Origin: the human T2T-CHM13v2.0 reference genome, Homo sapiens
NCBI RefSeq assembly: GCF_009914755.1
Contig: NC_060934.1
DNA length: 64,000 nt
Direction: 5' to 3' (one strand)
Under the pieces are notes generated by a model. That model saw only the letters and a list, made by a program, of their open reading frames with translations, was not told the origin of the DNA and did no database searches. Position numbers and translations under genes: made by a program. Numbering within the stretch: the first letter of the stretch is position 1; every line of letters begins with the position of its first letter. Below are positions 33,220 through 47,599 of this stretch, piece by piece.

Positions 33220-34003
33220 CAGGTAGGAAAGGACTTCTTAAACAAGACAAGCAAAAGAGCTAGCCATAAAAAAAGATGACTACATTTGACAACAATACAA
33301 TAAAGAATTTCTGTTCACTAAGACAAACAATTAACTTAAAGAAGATATTGCCACACTTAAAAAGAAAAGGCTCGATTTTAAAAACAGGCAAAAAAATCAA
33401 CTACAAACAGGTGTTTCACAAAAAAGAAAATAAAAATAGCCCATAAAGATGTGAAAAGATACCCAACCTCATCTATCATCAAGAAAATGTACATTAAAAT
33501 CAAAATAAAATTACATTTTACACTAGAAACCTAAAAGTAACAAGAAGACAAGTGTTGGTGAGGTTAGGGGACTTGGGGAAATCTCATATATTGCACATGG
33601 TAGTGTGAATAGGTAGGAATGCTTTGGAAAACAGTTTGGTCTAACCTAATAAAGTGAAATGTGCACTGACCCAAGAGTCCAGCAATTCTGCTCCTCAGAA
33701 TAGACCCTGAAAAGCTCTTGCACACAAACACCAAAAGACAAATATGAGAATGTTCCTATCAGTATTTTTGGTAATAACAAAATCCTGGAAACAACACAAA
33801 TGCCCACAGACAATAAAGTAGATAAATAAATCAGGGCACACAGTGCAGCAATAAAAATGATTAATACATCCACCTGCATCAAACGGATCAATCTCAAAAA
33901 CCTAATGCTGAGTGAAAATTAAAAAACAATCTCAGAAGCATGCAGAAGTGTTATTCCACATATATGAGTCGCAAACCAACCATGGGTCCCATACTTGTAT
34001 GAT
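33220..34003 (+). mobile_element. Old L1ME-like fragment (host of the younger L1 insertion)
   Basis: Degraded L1 ORF2-end/3'UTR: aagtgttggtgagg...ctttggaaaacagtttgg...gacccaag...cagcaattctgctcct...aatctcaaaaacctaatgctgagtgaaa. Confidence 0.65.
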
Positions 34004-34018
34004 AAAACTATCAAGGAA

Positions 34019-34467
34019 TGGAGCTGCAAGCCACTATCCTGAGCCAACTAACACAGGAACAGAAAACCAAATATAGCATGTTCTCACTTATAAGTGGGAA
34101 CTAAATGATGAGAACCCATGGACACACAGAGGGCAACAACACACACTGGGGCCTATGGGAGGGTGGAGAGTGGAGGGTAGGAGGAGAGAGAGGATCAAGA
34201 AAAACAACGAATGGGTACTAGGCTTACTGTCTTGGTGATGAAATAATGTATACAACAAACTCCCATGACATGAGTTTACCTATGTAACAAACTTGCACTT
34301 GTACCACTAAGCCTAAAATAAAAGTTAAAAAAAAAAAAAAGACACTGGCTTGGGATCCTCTAAAACAGTGAAATACATGTACAGTGTTTTAAATATATGA
34401 GGCATAAATTTAAAATTTCCATGCTTAGATACAACTTGGCAAAACTTCAGACACATAAAAAGAAAAA
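34019..34467 (+). mobile_element. 5'-truncated older L1PA (about L1PA13-16) 3'UTR, poly(A), ~116-bp extra sequence and second A-tail, bounded by a 15-bp TSD
   Basis: L1 3'UTR at 34019-34340 ending aataaaagttaaaaaaaaaaaaaa; TSD AAAACTATCAAGGAA at 34004-34018 and 34468-34482. Confidence 0.85.
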
Positions 34468-37400
34468 AAAACTATCAAGGAAAGCGAGGGTCTTGTTAGC
34501 ACACAATCGGGAGAGTGTTTAAGTCCCTCTGTAGGGGAGACATGGTCAGGTGAAGCACACAAGGGCTCCTTGATATTTTTCAAACTGATTGTGGGTTCAT
34601 GAGTCTTCAGGTTATTAATCTTTTAATTAAACATATACATCGTAACCATGTGTAGCTTTCAATTAAAAAATAATTTTTAAACTAGCACAAATAGACAGTG
34701 GCCACTCAAACAGAGCCCTGATGTTTTGTTTCTGTGGAATCCCAGCTCCCAACCCATCCCAGGTCTGCGAGCTAGCCCAGAGACCAAGAAAGGACTGCCG
34801 TGCCCTGGAGATGCCCCTGGGCCCCTGGGGCCTAACTTCCAATGCCAGCCCATGCAACATTAGCCAAGTTACTCCACCCATCTGTGTCTTCACTGAAAAT
34901 GAGTGCCTAGCAAAATACCTGGCATGCGGTAGGGATTCCGTGAATATTTTTTGAATGAAGGAGTCAATGATATCTAAGAGCTCATCATAATTACAACCTT
35001 CATCCAAATTTATTCACTAGAGGGAAATTGTGGATACAGCTACTAGCACCCCCCTCCCACCTCGGCCCCTGCCAATGCATACACACATGAATATCCCAGC
35101 ATTTGAAGTGGCAAGTCAGAAAGTTCTCCATTCTTTTCGATCCAAACTTTTGGTATTTTAATGTTGCAAATTTTCTCTCTCAAATGTCGTCTTCTCTTTT
35201 ATTTTTCCTTTCACTGTCATAACAAGCATACAAGTATTTTCAGTGGAATTTTACCAAATAGCACATCTTGTAAACCATATACATACCAACTCCTCTCTCA
35301 CCCTTCTGCCAAATTCTGTCTTGGAGCCCATGGCTTTTCCTGCTCTGATTTCTAACTCCTGGCTCAAATGCCCAGTCCTCAGGCTCTACCTGGGGCAGGA
35401 CATTCCAGGGTTTAAAGGGAGGCTGATGGGCAAATGAGGAAGAATCAGGCCTTGCCCCACAAAGGAGGGAGCCTATGTATGATGCTCACTAAAGTGACTG
35501 CATCAGCCTAGAGCATGCCATGTCCTTCCAAACTACCTCCCTCTTTCTTGGCATCAACTCTGACTGGCTGGGGACAGGAGCAGGAAGCTAGAGCCTAGTA
35601 AGTCCAAATTACAGAAATAGGATGATGCCTTGGCTAAATGCATGGGTACTAAAGTCAGGAAGAACCTTTCTGAGCCTCATTTTCCTCATCTGTAAAATGT
35701 AGCAATAATCTGACCTCAGAGGGATGTTGGGTGGCTAGAATGAAGTAAAATACATAAAGGTACTTGCAGATCAGCATTGAAAAAAAGTTGCTATATTTCC
35801 AAACCACTTCTGTTTGACTTTGGAAAGAACAGAATAGTCTTTACACTTAATTTGCTTTTGAATTGTGCTCATCTGCAGCTAGTGCTACAGTGAGTCAGTG
35901 GGAGGAGGGGCCCTGAGGTGTTCCAGAGGCACCGTTTGTCTTGGCTGTATTAGCAATGTGTATCCACCTAGGAGTGACACTGGGACAGGCCACAGCCAGC
36001 CATGCCGAGGGAGCAGCCACACTTGCACTCCGAGGGCTGGATGTGCTGCATCAAACAGCAGATAGGCTGAGCTGCCTTGGCTCACTTGACACAAGCATGT
36101 TGGAAATGGGCAGCAGCTGGGCTGGGCATGAGGGGAAAGCCAGGACGAGCACTGGGCACCGGGTTAAAATTTTACAGAAAATGTGTAGAGGCAGAAACCA
36201 AGCCTCAATGCTTGTCATATCAGGAGGCCGATGACCAGGGCAGGCAAAGGCAGGAGGTCCTGCACAGAATCCAATAAAAGAGTTCTCTGGCCTCCAGCAA
36301 GCCGAGAGCCAGAAGGGCTAGCACCCTGGACAGCGCCATGAGCACACCACTCTGACGCTGTCTTCTGACTGAGAACCCCAGCTCTGGGGTTCTCCGCTCA
36401 CCTCCACCCTCCAGGTCTGAACCAGCAAACATGACAGGTCTCTGCCAATCCCTCTCTTGCACCATGGAAGCCTCACAGACTGATCATGGTGTTTTCTGCT
36501 GCTGAGCCCACACACGGCCTCAGAATCCTTCCCAGCACAGCTCCCAAGCAGCCTCAACCAACCAGCTGCAGTGGTCCTCCAGATGAAAGCTACTGGTCAC
36601 TTGGCGACTTTATGGAATTACTGATAAGGAGCAGTCTGGTTGGAAACTAACTTCAACCCCACCAAAGGTAGCAAAGGTGTCCATGTCAGAAAAGAGGAAC
36701 ACAGCTTTTGATCACATTGGAGATTCTGGGTGGAGGAAAGAAGAGGGGTGGGGGAGTGTGACTGTAGAATACAACCTGTTTCCTAGCCTACACCCCTTCC
36801 CTGCTACCTCATAGTCAGAGGTCAGACCATCCAGTACCCTTGTCCTTCTCCCCATTCCTCCTTTGTTTTGTGTGAAAATGGCTTGAAAACTCCATGTCCC
36901 CATCCATGAATGTGTCGAGGGGCTACTCTATGCCAGGCACCATGCAGGCTGCAGGGCCATGGTGGTGGGAAGCACACAGCCACTCTCCCGGACTTCACTG
37001 CATCACCAGGCAGTCCAGCACTCATGGAGGACTAGCCCTCATGAGAGTCAGGACAAGCCAAGAGCAGGCTGAGGGCAGGACGAGCATGTCTGCGAGAGCG
37101 TGTAACCAAGCTGCCAGCTCTGTAGGACAGGTGGGGCTCAGGGACACCTTTCTTTGAGGACCTGCATCTTGAGAAGAGTGAGGGTAAGGAGGGTAATAAG
37201 AAAACAGGACTTGGGCAAGTGCCACCAGGCCTTGTTCAGTCTGCAGGAGTCACAGGAGCCCAGGCGGGTGGGCAGGCTAGAGAGCTGATCACCTGCCCTC
37301 CCAGCGGCTGAGGCTCCCATCAAGGTCGCCTCCCAGGCTCTAGGGGAAAACTGTGTCTGCAGGCCAGATTGGAAACAGAGCAATGGTGCCCAGAGAAAGT

Positions 37401-37979
37401 GAGATGGGAAGGGCCTGGGCACACTGGACCACAGCACCCCCATCCCTGGCAGTGTCCATGCCTCTCCACAGGGTTCAGCCTCAGAGCAGGCTGGACTTTG
37501 GGGTTGAGCCACCAGCCCCAAGGGTTCTCGGGGAAGGCCTGGCCCCTAAGAGATCCCTGCAGGCAGCTCGGGGCTGTTACAAAATCTCCAACTCCTCACC
37601 AAGGGCCAGGGACTGAGCAGGAGTGGGAGGGTGGGAGGGAGAGGCCAGGTCCTGGACTGAGTCCAGTTCAGGTCCTGCCCTTGTCCCCATCCACCTCATC
37701 TTTATTTCAGCACAGTGACTGTTTGCTCTTTCAATTCTTCCTGGAAGACTCCAAACAGCATATTTGCTCAAGAGCTGAGGACAACATTCCAGTCTTAGAG
37801 AAGAAGAGTATTTAGGCAAATGCAAACATATGCTGATTTCTTTTCTTAGTTACATTCTTGGCAAAGAAATTATATCACCCAGAGACAAAATGGGACTTTT
37901 GAAGGTCCACCCATTCCATCCTGGCACCAGCCGTGGGGCTGCCAACCCTCATCAGTCTCCCACACCCTCTAACATGTTA

Positions 37980-38297
37980 TGGAGGTGGCTGTGGCTATAA
38001 AGAGGTAGCACAGGGATCCTTGTGAAGGAACTGCTCTGTATCCTGACTGGTGGTCATAGGAATCTACACATGTGATTTTTAAAATGCATAGCAGTAAATC
38101 CACACCTGCAAGAACACGTGCACTACTGAAATATGAACAAGGCCTACAGGCTGTATCAAATCCTGGTTGCAATATTGTACTACAGCTATGCAGGATGTTA
38201 CTGTGGGGGAACCTGGGTGAAGGGCACGCTGGATCTCCCTAGGTTGCTCCTTATAATTGCATGTAAATCTAAATTATCGCATAATTTTCAAAAAAAT
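37980..38297 (+). mobile_element. L1MC/L1MD-like 3'UTR fragment
   Basis: gcacagggatccttgtga...atattgtactacagctatgcaggatgttactgtgggggaacctgggtgaagggcac...gcatgtaaatctaaattat. Confidence 0.7.
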
Positions 38298-38725
38298 TGT
38301 TTAAACACTAAACATGGAAACCATTCTATCTCAGGATTAAGACTAGTCTGTTTTTACAGAGCAGTCATAAGAAAACCTGAAGCCATTTCTCCAAAGCCCA
38401 TTTTTGTGGTTTCCTAACAAGCAAATTATGATTTTTTTTCATATGAGAGGTCTTCAAAGAAGCCATGCCCAGCCCTACCCAGTGTTCCCAACCCCCAACC
38501 CCAGCCTGGCTCCATGACACTCAGGGCATTCCGTCCCCTGACCTTTGCCCCAGCCTGGAACCCTGAAACTGAAGGCAGATTGCGATGGATGGAGGCAAGG
38601 AGCCAGGAAGGCCAGGCAATCGTCCAGTGTGAAGGGCACTCTTTGGAGAGGAGACCTCCAGGAGGAACCATGCTTTCCAGCCTCCATCTGTGCCAGCATA
38701 CAGCCCTTTGGATCCCTGCCAGCAG

Positions 38726-38742
38726 TTTATTAATATTTTATT
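38726..38742 (-). terminator. Tandem canonical poly(A) signals (AATAAAatattAATAAA) in GRID1 sense orientation
   Basis: Plus-strand tttatt at 38726-38731 and 38737-38742. Use as a real poly(A) site is inference. Confidence 0.35.
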
Positions 38743-38788
38743 GAAACCTCTAAGATGATTCAAACTTCAGCCGTCATGATAAGGTGTT

Positions 38789-38801
38789 GTTGCTAGGCAA
38801 C
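38789..38801. promoter_or_regulatory. RFX X-box motif GTTGCTAGGCAAC
   Basis: Near-palindromic 13-mer matching the RFX-family X-box consensus. Binding is not shown. Confidence 0.55.
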
Positions 38802-38887
38802 TTTATACCTATCTATGGAGCTGTTGTTGCAGCTCTTCCTGACTCATGAAGCTCGAGGTTTGACCCTATCACCTGGAGGCCCACTCA

Positions 38888-39337
<450 letters not shown>

Positions 39338-40111
39338 TCAACCTGCAGGCCCCATGCCTGGCAGCTCATGCCCAGGACTCCCAAGAGAGGCTGCCTCCCT
39401 CCAGGACCAAGAACCATCCTGGGCAGGCCAGTGGCTCTCATAAGCACAGCCTCACTGACATCCTTGGTGAAAATGCCAGCTATACATTCTTGTACCCATT
39501 TAACATGAGAAAATAGAAGTCAAAACGGGCAAAACCATTTGCCCTAGGCTAGTCAGGGAAGGATGGTAGAGCACAGATCCATCCCAAATCTGCCTGATTC
39601 ACCCCCACTGAGCTGTAAAATTAGCCATCCTGTTTCCCACCTAGGACTATAAGCCCTTTAAGAGCCAAAACGTCATTGTGTTGATCTGTGCATCCTCATG
39701 CCTAGCCACAGGCAGAGAATATACTGTGTGTTCTACAACTGTTGACTGAACTGAACTGATTGGGACTGAAGGGACTAAATGGCTTCTGAAAGTCAGAGAG
39801 GTACTTACCCAAGAGGACCCAAGATGTAGGAAAAAAATAAAAAAGAAAAGAAACCCTAGGTCTTCTGGCCAAATCCAAGTGATCCATATCACAAAAATAC
39901 TGGGCCAAACCCCAGATGAAGCAGTTGTTCCAGAAGGATTATTCAAAAGCCACTTGACAATAACAAAGAAAGACGCTCCCGCCACTCAGGCAGTTACCAC
40001 GGGTGTGGAGGAGGAACACAGCGGACGCTCCAGCAGCCGCTTCTAGGGCTGACACGCTCAGGGGCTCATCTTTACAAGTTCTCCTGTAACTGCAAGAGGC
40101 GCCCCTTGTAG

Positions 40112-40561
<450 letters not shown>

Positions 40562-43500
40562 GCAGATGCAGTTTCAAAACACAGGCTGTGAATGGCAGCA
40601 GGCCATCTGCTGCACACAGCAGACTTTGAACAACTTTTGACAATGCAGTTCTTTTGGTCAAGAGCCCTTGGGTTTATGTAATGCCTCAGATAAGGCTGGG
40701 AGAGAGAGAGAAGAAAAGGGGGAACTGACCCCAGGGAGCAAGGCAGTGGGAGGCAGGGGAACATGTGGGAAGGGGAGGGTCCCCCCACACTCTCCAGCAG
40801 CAAAGACCGGCTGCCCTCCATGCAAGGGCGCTCGCCTTGCACCTGCATGAGCACCAGCAGGAAGAGAACCCAAATCCTACGGTTCTCTCCTCTTCAAGGC
40901 CACCGGCAGGGGGTAGCTAAACAAGAGATGATGAGATCTTGTGAATCTCACAGTCCCCCAGATGCCCTGGCCCCCTCCTACCCCAGCTCCAGTCTGCTGA
41001 GTTCTCTCCTAAACAGAAATCCATTGCGTGCCCTGCTGTGCCCCCCAAGAGCCTAGGGATAAAGTAAAAGCCCACTCCTGAAAGGGTGGTCTTGCAAGCT
41101 CCCATACCTGCAGCCTCATGCTCCTCACCACACCCTTTTCTGCTACATCCCAACCAACTGCCCACCCTGGACCCTCAAACTCACCTCTTCAATCCTGATG
41201 CTCACTCTTGCTTCAAAACTCAGACTCAGCATCCCCAGACTGGCTCATAACCCTTGTGGCATTATCCCCCTTCACTGCACTTCCCTGTCATGAGCCACAT
41301 GTTGCCTGTGTTACTGGCTGGCTCTCCAACTTGACCCCAGGCTCCAGGAGGACAAGGGTCATGCCTGCTGTGTTCACCATCCTTTCCCAGACACAGGCTA
41401 AGCCCAGTTCACAATAGCAGTAAAGACTCGTGCAAGAACACCATGCAAGAATTTCCATGGCCCCAGTCAATAATTCCTCTCTGGGTACCTGTCCAAACCG
41501 TAGGAACAGCACTCAATCCAAAACCATTCAGAGGACACTATCCATACTCTTGGAATATTGCTAATGATCTAAAAGATGCAAATAGATGAGTGGTTATGAA
41601 AGTGCCCCATTTTCTGAAAGTATATATAGCCTTTAAACTAGTCAAGAAGATACTACAATAACATGGGAAAGTGCCTGTCATAAAAAAGGTAGGTGAAAGT
41701 GATACAAAATTGTATGTATTTTATTTTATCAATTAAATAAAACATCAACATGCATGAAAGAAAAACCAGAAGGAAATATTGCAAAATGTTAAAAGTGACT
41801 GCAATTTAGAAGAAACCTGAAAGTGGTTTTCATTCTTTTCTATATTAGCCAAAATTTTGTGACATAAACAGATAATTCCTTTTAAAAAGAAAAATAATCC
41901 TCTGATAATGGATAAGCAGGAAAACTACACAGGAGGAAGGACTATTGTGTGAGAATTGCCTCTGTGCCAAATTCTCTTGGCGTCCTTTGTACATGTGAAT
42001 TCACAGTATTCTCAGGACATTTGTGTAGAGTAGGTATCATTGCATCCATTTTCCAGATAATGAGATGTGAGGCCACACAACGAACACTGCCACAGACATG
42101 GGGAAAATGCTTCTGAGAGATGGTCACGTGAAAATACCAGGGCACAAAATTATATGCTAACTATGATTACAGCTAGGCAGAAAGCACGCCCATGAAAACA
42201 GCAAGAGAAAACACTAAAAGCTAAGGCACTATGACAATACGTGGATATTTTTTCTTATGCATGCTCTCTTTAATGCCAATACAATACATTTATAATCTTA
42301 AACAGCAATTGTATAAAATAAACTGTATATCCCTGGGACGTAAATTGTCCAGGAACGCCAATGCTCAATTGTGGAATTGTCCCATCCCAGGACTCCCACG
42401 GAGAGTCCTCCTTGCAGCCATCAGTCACTTTTGGCTCTTGTTGCCCCACCTGCCTGGCTCCCTCCCAGGTCATCATCTGTCCCCACTCCATATATGTCAG
42501 GTTCTGAAGTGGCAGAACCTCTCTGAGCCTCAGTTTCCCCATCTGGGCATGCATGCCACTGGCTCCTGCCCTCCTTGTCTCATACATACACTTGGTATCC
42601 CTGCCCACACCCCACAAGCCAGCCCCTGCCCTAAGCACTGTCAGGGGGAAGAGCAGGATGACCACAGGTCCCATCTTTGAGGAGCTTAGGATCCACTGAG
42701 GAGACAGACTCTGCAACTCAACTGGAGGAGAGAGAAAGGAAGCTCCCTGGGACACAGAGGAGGGTAAATTCATTTGTGGTTGGCACCAGGGCCTCAAAGG
42801 AAGGAAGGGACTTAGAACCTTTCAGGGTCTCAGGAGAGCAGCACAAGGTGGGTGCAGAGTGACAAAGACATATAGCCGGGCTGAACCCTCACCAGCTACC
42901 ACCTCACCAGGGGTGGTGGGAAGAGCATTCGGATCTCAAGCATTCATTCACCCAAGTTCCAGTTTTGGCTCCTCCGGTCAGCAGCCACACAGCCATGGGC
43001 ATGTCCCTTTCTCAGCCTCCATTTTCTATTAAATAGGAATAAGAATCTCTACCCAGCAGAGCTACGAGAGCACTGACTTAGGACGCTGATAGCAAGCGCC
43101 AATGCCTCACAGTGCACAAGATGCTGAACAGATGTCAGCCTCCTGCCCCTTCCTTGGACATCCCATCTCTCCACCAAAGTCATGCCCAGGATCTTAAGTA
43201 CTAGTAGTCACAGGCAAGAGCCATCTCGCCCTCCCCGTGGAGGTGAGCACTGCCGGCCCACCCCTCGTGGAGCCACCTGCAGCGTTGTAAGCGCCAGGCC
43301 TCCACAAAAAGGGTGGGTAATTAAGGCTGGAAGCCTCTCCCAGGCGCTAATGGAGAGGCCCGATGTGAGTCAATTTCCAATCCACTGTGAATGGCCTGCT
43401 AATTGGGGCACTGTTGAAATGATGGTTATTTGGAGGCTTCTAACATAAAAATAATAAGATCAAAATACATCAGATCAAAGCCAAATCAGCTATTAGCTTA

Positions 43501-46269
43501 ATCAAGGTTGTGTGTGATGGGATGTTACACAATGCATGCCCTGGTTGTTGTGACAGATGCTGAACCCCAGGACTGGGACTGGCCACCTGGCCGGAGTCCG
43601 GGGCCTGCCCTGGTCACAAGCTGGGACTGTGGGTGAGGGCTGGTCCTCTCTGGGTTACTGGTTGGCTTTCTCTTTATTTCTTTCTGTCTTTCTTTCTTTC
43701 TTCTTGGGGGGGTCAAATAAAGATGATGGCTCCCTCTTCACAGGGCTGCTCCATGTGTGCCATGAAAGGTCTTTATATGTGGACAGCCATTCATGCTGCC
43801 TGGCACATAGTAGCAACTCAGAAGTCATCGCTACCTAGGATGATGCTCAAAGATGTTTTTACAGCTCTCTAGAGGATAACAGCTTTTGTTATAATTCTTT
43901 GCCTCCATATTATATGGTCACAAAGCTGATGTCTCTCTTGATTACAACACAGGCTTGATGGACTGATAAGGGCCCCCTGAGAATGACCCATCCATCAGCT
44001 GGGAAAGTAAGTAAAGACAAACTGTAATGAGCGGCTTCCAGCCCCCCCACCTGCACCCTGTGTCCTGGGAAAGTGGAGGGTCCCCACAAAAGAAAGGGCT
44101 ACTCAGAGCTCGGCATTGGGGGTGTGGGGGGTGCCCAGACAGCATTCCCAATACAACTGCACAATCCACAGTCACATTCCCACCTGCTTCCCTGGAGAAG
44201 ATGTTCACATCCCACCCATCCAGGCTTTTCCAGACAGCGGACTCTCAGGGGTGGGACATGTCAGGTGAGGTACTGGCCACTTCACAGAACAAACTCTCAG
44301 TAACTCTCACCCCAGGTGAGCTTTCTGATTTCCCTGGTTAAAAAAAAAAAATCAGAGCACAGAGAGTGCTAGTTGCTTGGCCAGGGCCACACAGCCAGAG
44401 AGCAAACAGCAAAGAGAACACCAGACCACCAGGCACCTCTACATCCAATGCTGCAAAGAGAAAGTGGCCAGCAGGGGACAGAACCCAGGATTCCAGGCTG
44501 ACTCTACCCAACTGTCCCTGGATAGAAATCCCCAGGGCACCTCCCGGCTCAGTGCAGGCCCCAGGGAAGGAGTAGGCAGGCAGGAACAAGGCCTGTCTCC
44601 CCTGAAAGCAGATCCTTGACTCATCAAGTCACTGGGTGCCTGCAGGTGGGTGCTGGAGGTGAGAAAGGTGCCCTCAGACATTGAGGTCACTCTAGGCGCC
44701 ATCACTAATCCATGCCCACTATTCTCCATCCCCGTGGGGATTTCTGGAACATTCTCAGAACAAGGCTGTGGGAAGCAATACCCCAGAAGGCATGTGTTAG
44801 AAGAGACCCACGGTTCCTGGTGCCACCCCCCAGTCACGACACTGGCCACTGCCAGCTCAGCCTTTCCCTCTGTCAGGTGCCCTGGAGGCATCGCTCCGCA
44901 GGCTTGCTCACCCAGGAAGAAGATCTGCCCATGCAGCCCCTGCAACTCTGAGGTCCCAAGCCCCCTCAACCGGCAGCTCCTGTGTTAGCTGGCCCCTGGG
45001 TGCCACCTTAAAGAACAGCAGGACATTTCCAAATGGATGAGGCAAGAGAGAGCCTCCACCTGGGGAGAAACAACCTGATGCCCTAACCTCAGAGGAACCC
45101 AGCAAGGCTCAGCTCCTCTCCACGGGCAGCAGAAAAAAGAGCCAGGCTCTGGGCAAACCCGGGCTCAGCCCTGCCTGCCCAGAAGGAATGGTCTCTCCCC
45201 AAGGGAGTCCAGCACCTCTGCCGCCCCCAAGGCTGCTCCACGAGCCACCTCGTTCCTCCAATAATCTTAACCTCCACGAGCACCCACCTGCCCCCAGCCA
45301 CCCTCATTATCTGTACTCTTCCTTTCTTCCTTTAAATGGGAAACAGCTTTATTAATATTTGAATTCCAATGGCTAATGCTTTAAATTAAGGTAGCATTTA
45401 TAAATACTTTAGAGCTGATAAATAATTGACCAAATTTAGTATTGTCATAACTCATAGTAAATTATTGATCTATGGAGAATAAATACGTTTCATCTTTTAT
45501 TAAGACATTTAAAAGGTAACCAAAACCATAAAATGGTGGGGGGATGGGTGGTGGTGCTGTAAGAGGCCAATGCTAGAGCTCGGGCCCTGGAGTGAGCTGG
45601 CTCTCCCGTCCCTCCTGCAGAAGACGCCTCCCTCCAGAGCACAGGACACACACTTGACAGGCATCCATCCTGTCCCACAGACTGTGTTTCAGTGATTCTC
45701 TGCCCACTTTCCAACTTCCCAGAGACCTGCAGCAACCCCACCTCCTGCCTTGGAGCCTGCTTTCCTCCTCTCCAGTCACTCCATTACAGAATCCCTCTCT
45801 TTCCTTATGTAGCCTGGCTGCTGAAATCCCAACTAGGAGTCAACTCAGGGTGGATCAACCTGCCCACGCTCCTCCACACTGCCGGCAAGCAGTGCAGGGC
45901 CACAGAGAGTACCACGCACCTGGCAACTTGGTGACCTTGGCCACATGGCAGTCACCCACCTCAGCAGGGCTCCCCACGCTGACACATCTCTACCACCTCC
46001 CTCCCCGTTCTTCTTGAACCACCCAGGTTTATTCCCCAAGTTCAACGAATGACTTACATCCTTTTTCATGAATCAGAAGCCATCATCACAAGCTATCTCG
46101 CATGACTTCCTGCCTCCAGAGCTCCACACCTCCCTGTCTGTGCTGAAAGCTCAAGAGAAAAGTTTCTCCTAAGGCTGGTCCCTGCTCCTGAGCTCCGAAG
46201 CCTCCCTCCTCTGGCCTTTTTCCACACCCAGATCCATCATGTATACCCTCTCTTTATGGAATCATCAAC

Positions 46270-47190
46270 ATTCCTTGCATGTTTGACCCACCCCACTGAA
46301 CACTAAGCCCGGCCCTATTGAGGGCTCTACCGTTATTTCTCAAGCCCACAAGGCTCCCCCTGGGGTCCTGACCCCCACCCACCCATCTGCCTGAGTTCTC
46401 CACTTAATGAGTCCCTTGGCAGCTCAAACTTGATGCATCAACACTGAACTGCCTAGGGTGTGAGTCTGTTCTTCCCGGTCTCCCAAACTCAGTAAAGTGG
46501 TGTCCCATCCACCCACCAGTTCCTAACCCTTCTCTCTCACTGGCCCTCTGCACCCAAGCCACCACCAGGCCTGAATGCTTTATCTCCCAAATATATCTTG
46601 AGCCTGTCGACTTTCCTCCACTCCACTGCCATCACCTTGGGCCAGAACACTGACACCTCTCCAGTGGACCCTTACACCTCCAACCTCCCCACTTGTCCCA
46701 GATGGACACACTGTCCATTCTACACACTAGTGGACTGGCCTTTATAAAGCACCAACCAGACAGTGCTGTCCCTGCTTAAAATCACATGAGCTTCCCACTG
46801 GCCTTAAAACAAAACGCACACCCTAATGGGACCCACAGGCCCAGCATACTCCACACCCTATGCCCTGCGTTCCAGGTAGCAGGCCTTTGTGCAGTAACTC
46901 AAGCGTCCCAAGCTCTTGCTCACTGCCAGGACTCTTCCCACACTCTCCCCACTGCCTAAAGTACTTCTGCTACGTCTGTCTGGCTAATTCTCCTTCTCCT
47001 GTGTGCTGGGTAGGTAACCATCATTCCCTCTAGAGAACCTTCCACACCGTCCCCAGTCTTCCCTCACCATGGTTTGCCTTCCTGGCACTAACAAACATTT
47101 GCCATGTTGGACTATTTTGTGTGGTCTCATTCTGCCCATAAGCAGAAGCACCTTCACTGCTTACCCGCCCCCCTGACCCCCAGCACCCAG
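46270..47190 (+). mobile_element. Degraded L2 LINE
   Basis: L2-like motifs: ctcaaacttgatgcatcaacactgaact, ctccactgccatcaccttgggccag, gtccctgcttaaaa, tggctaattctcc. Confidence 0.55.
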
Positions 47191-47222
47191 CACAGCACAG
47201 CACAGCAAGAAACTATGTAATC

Positions 47223-47599
<377 letters not shown>

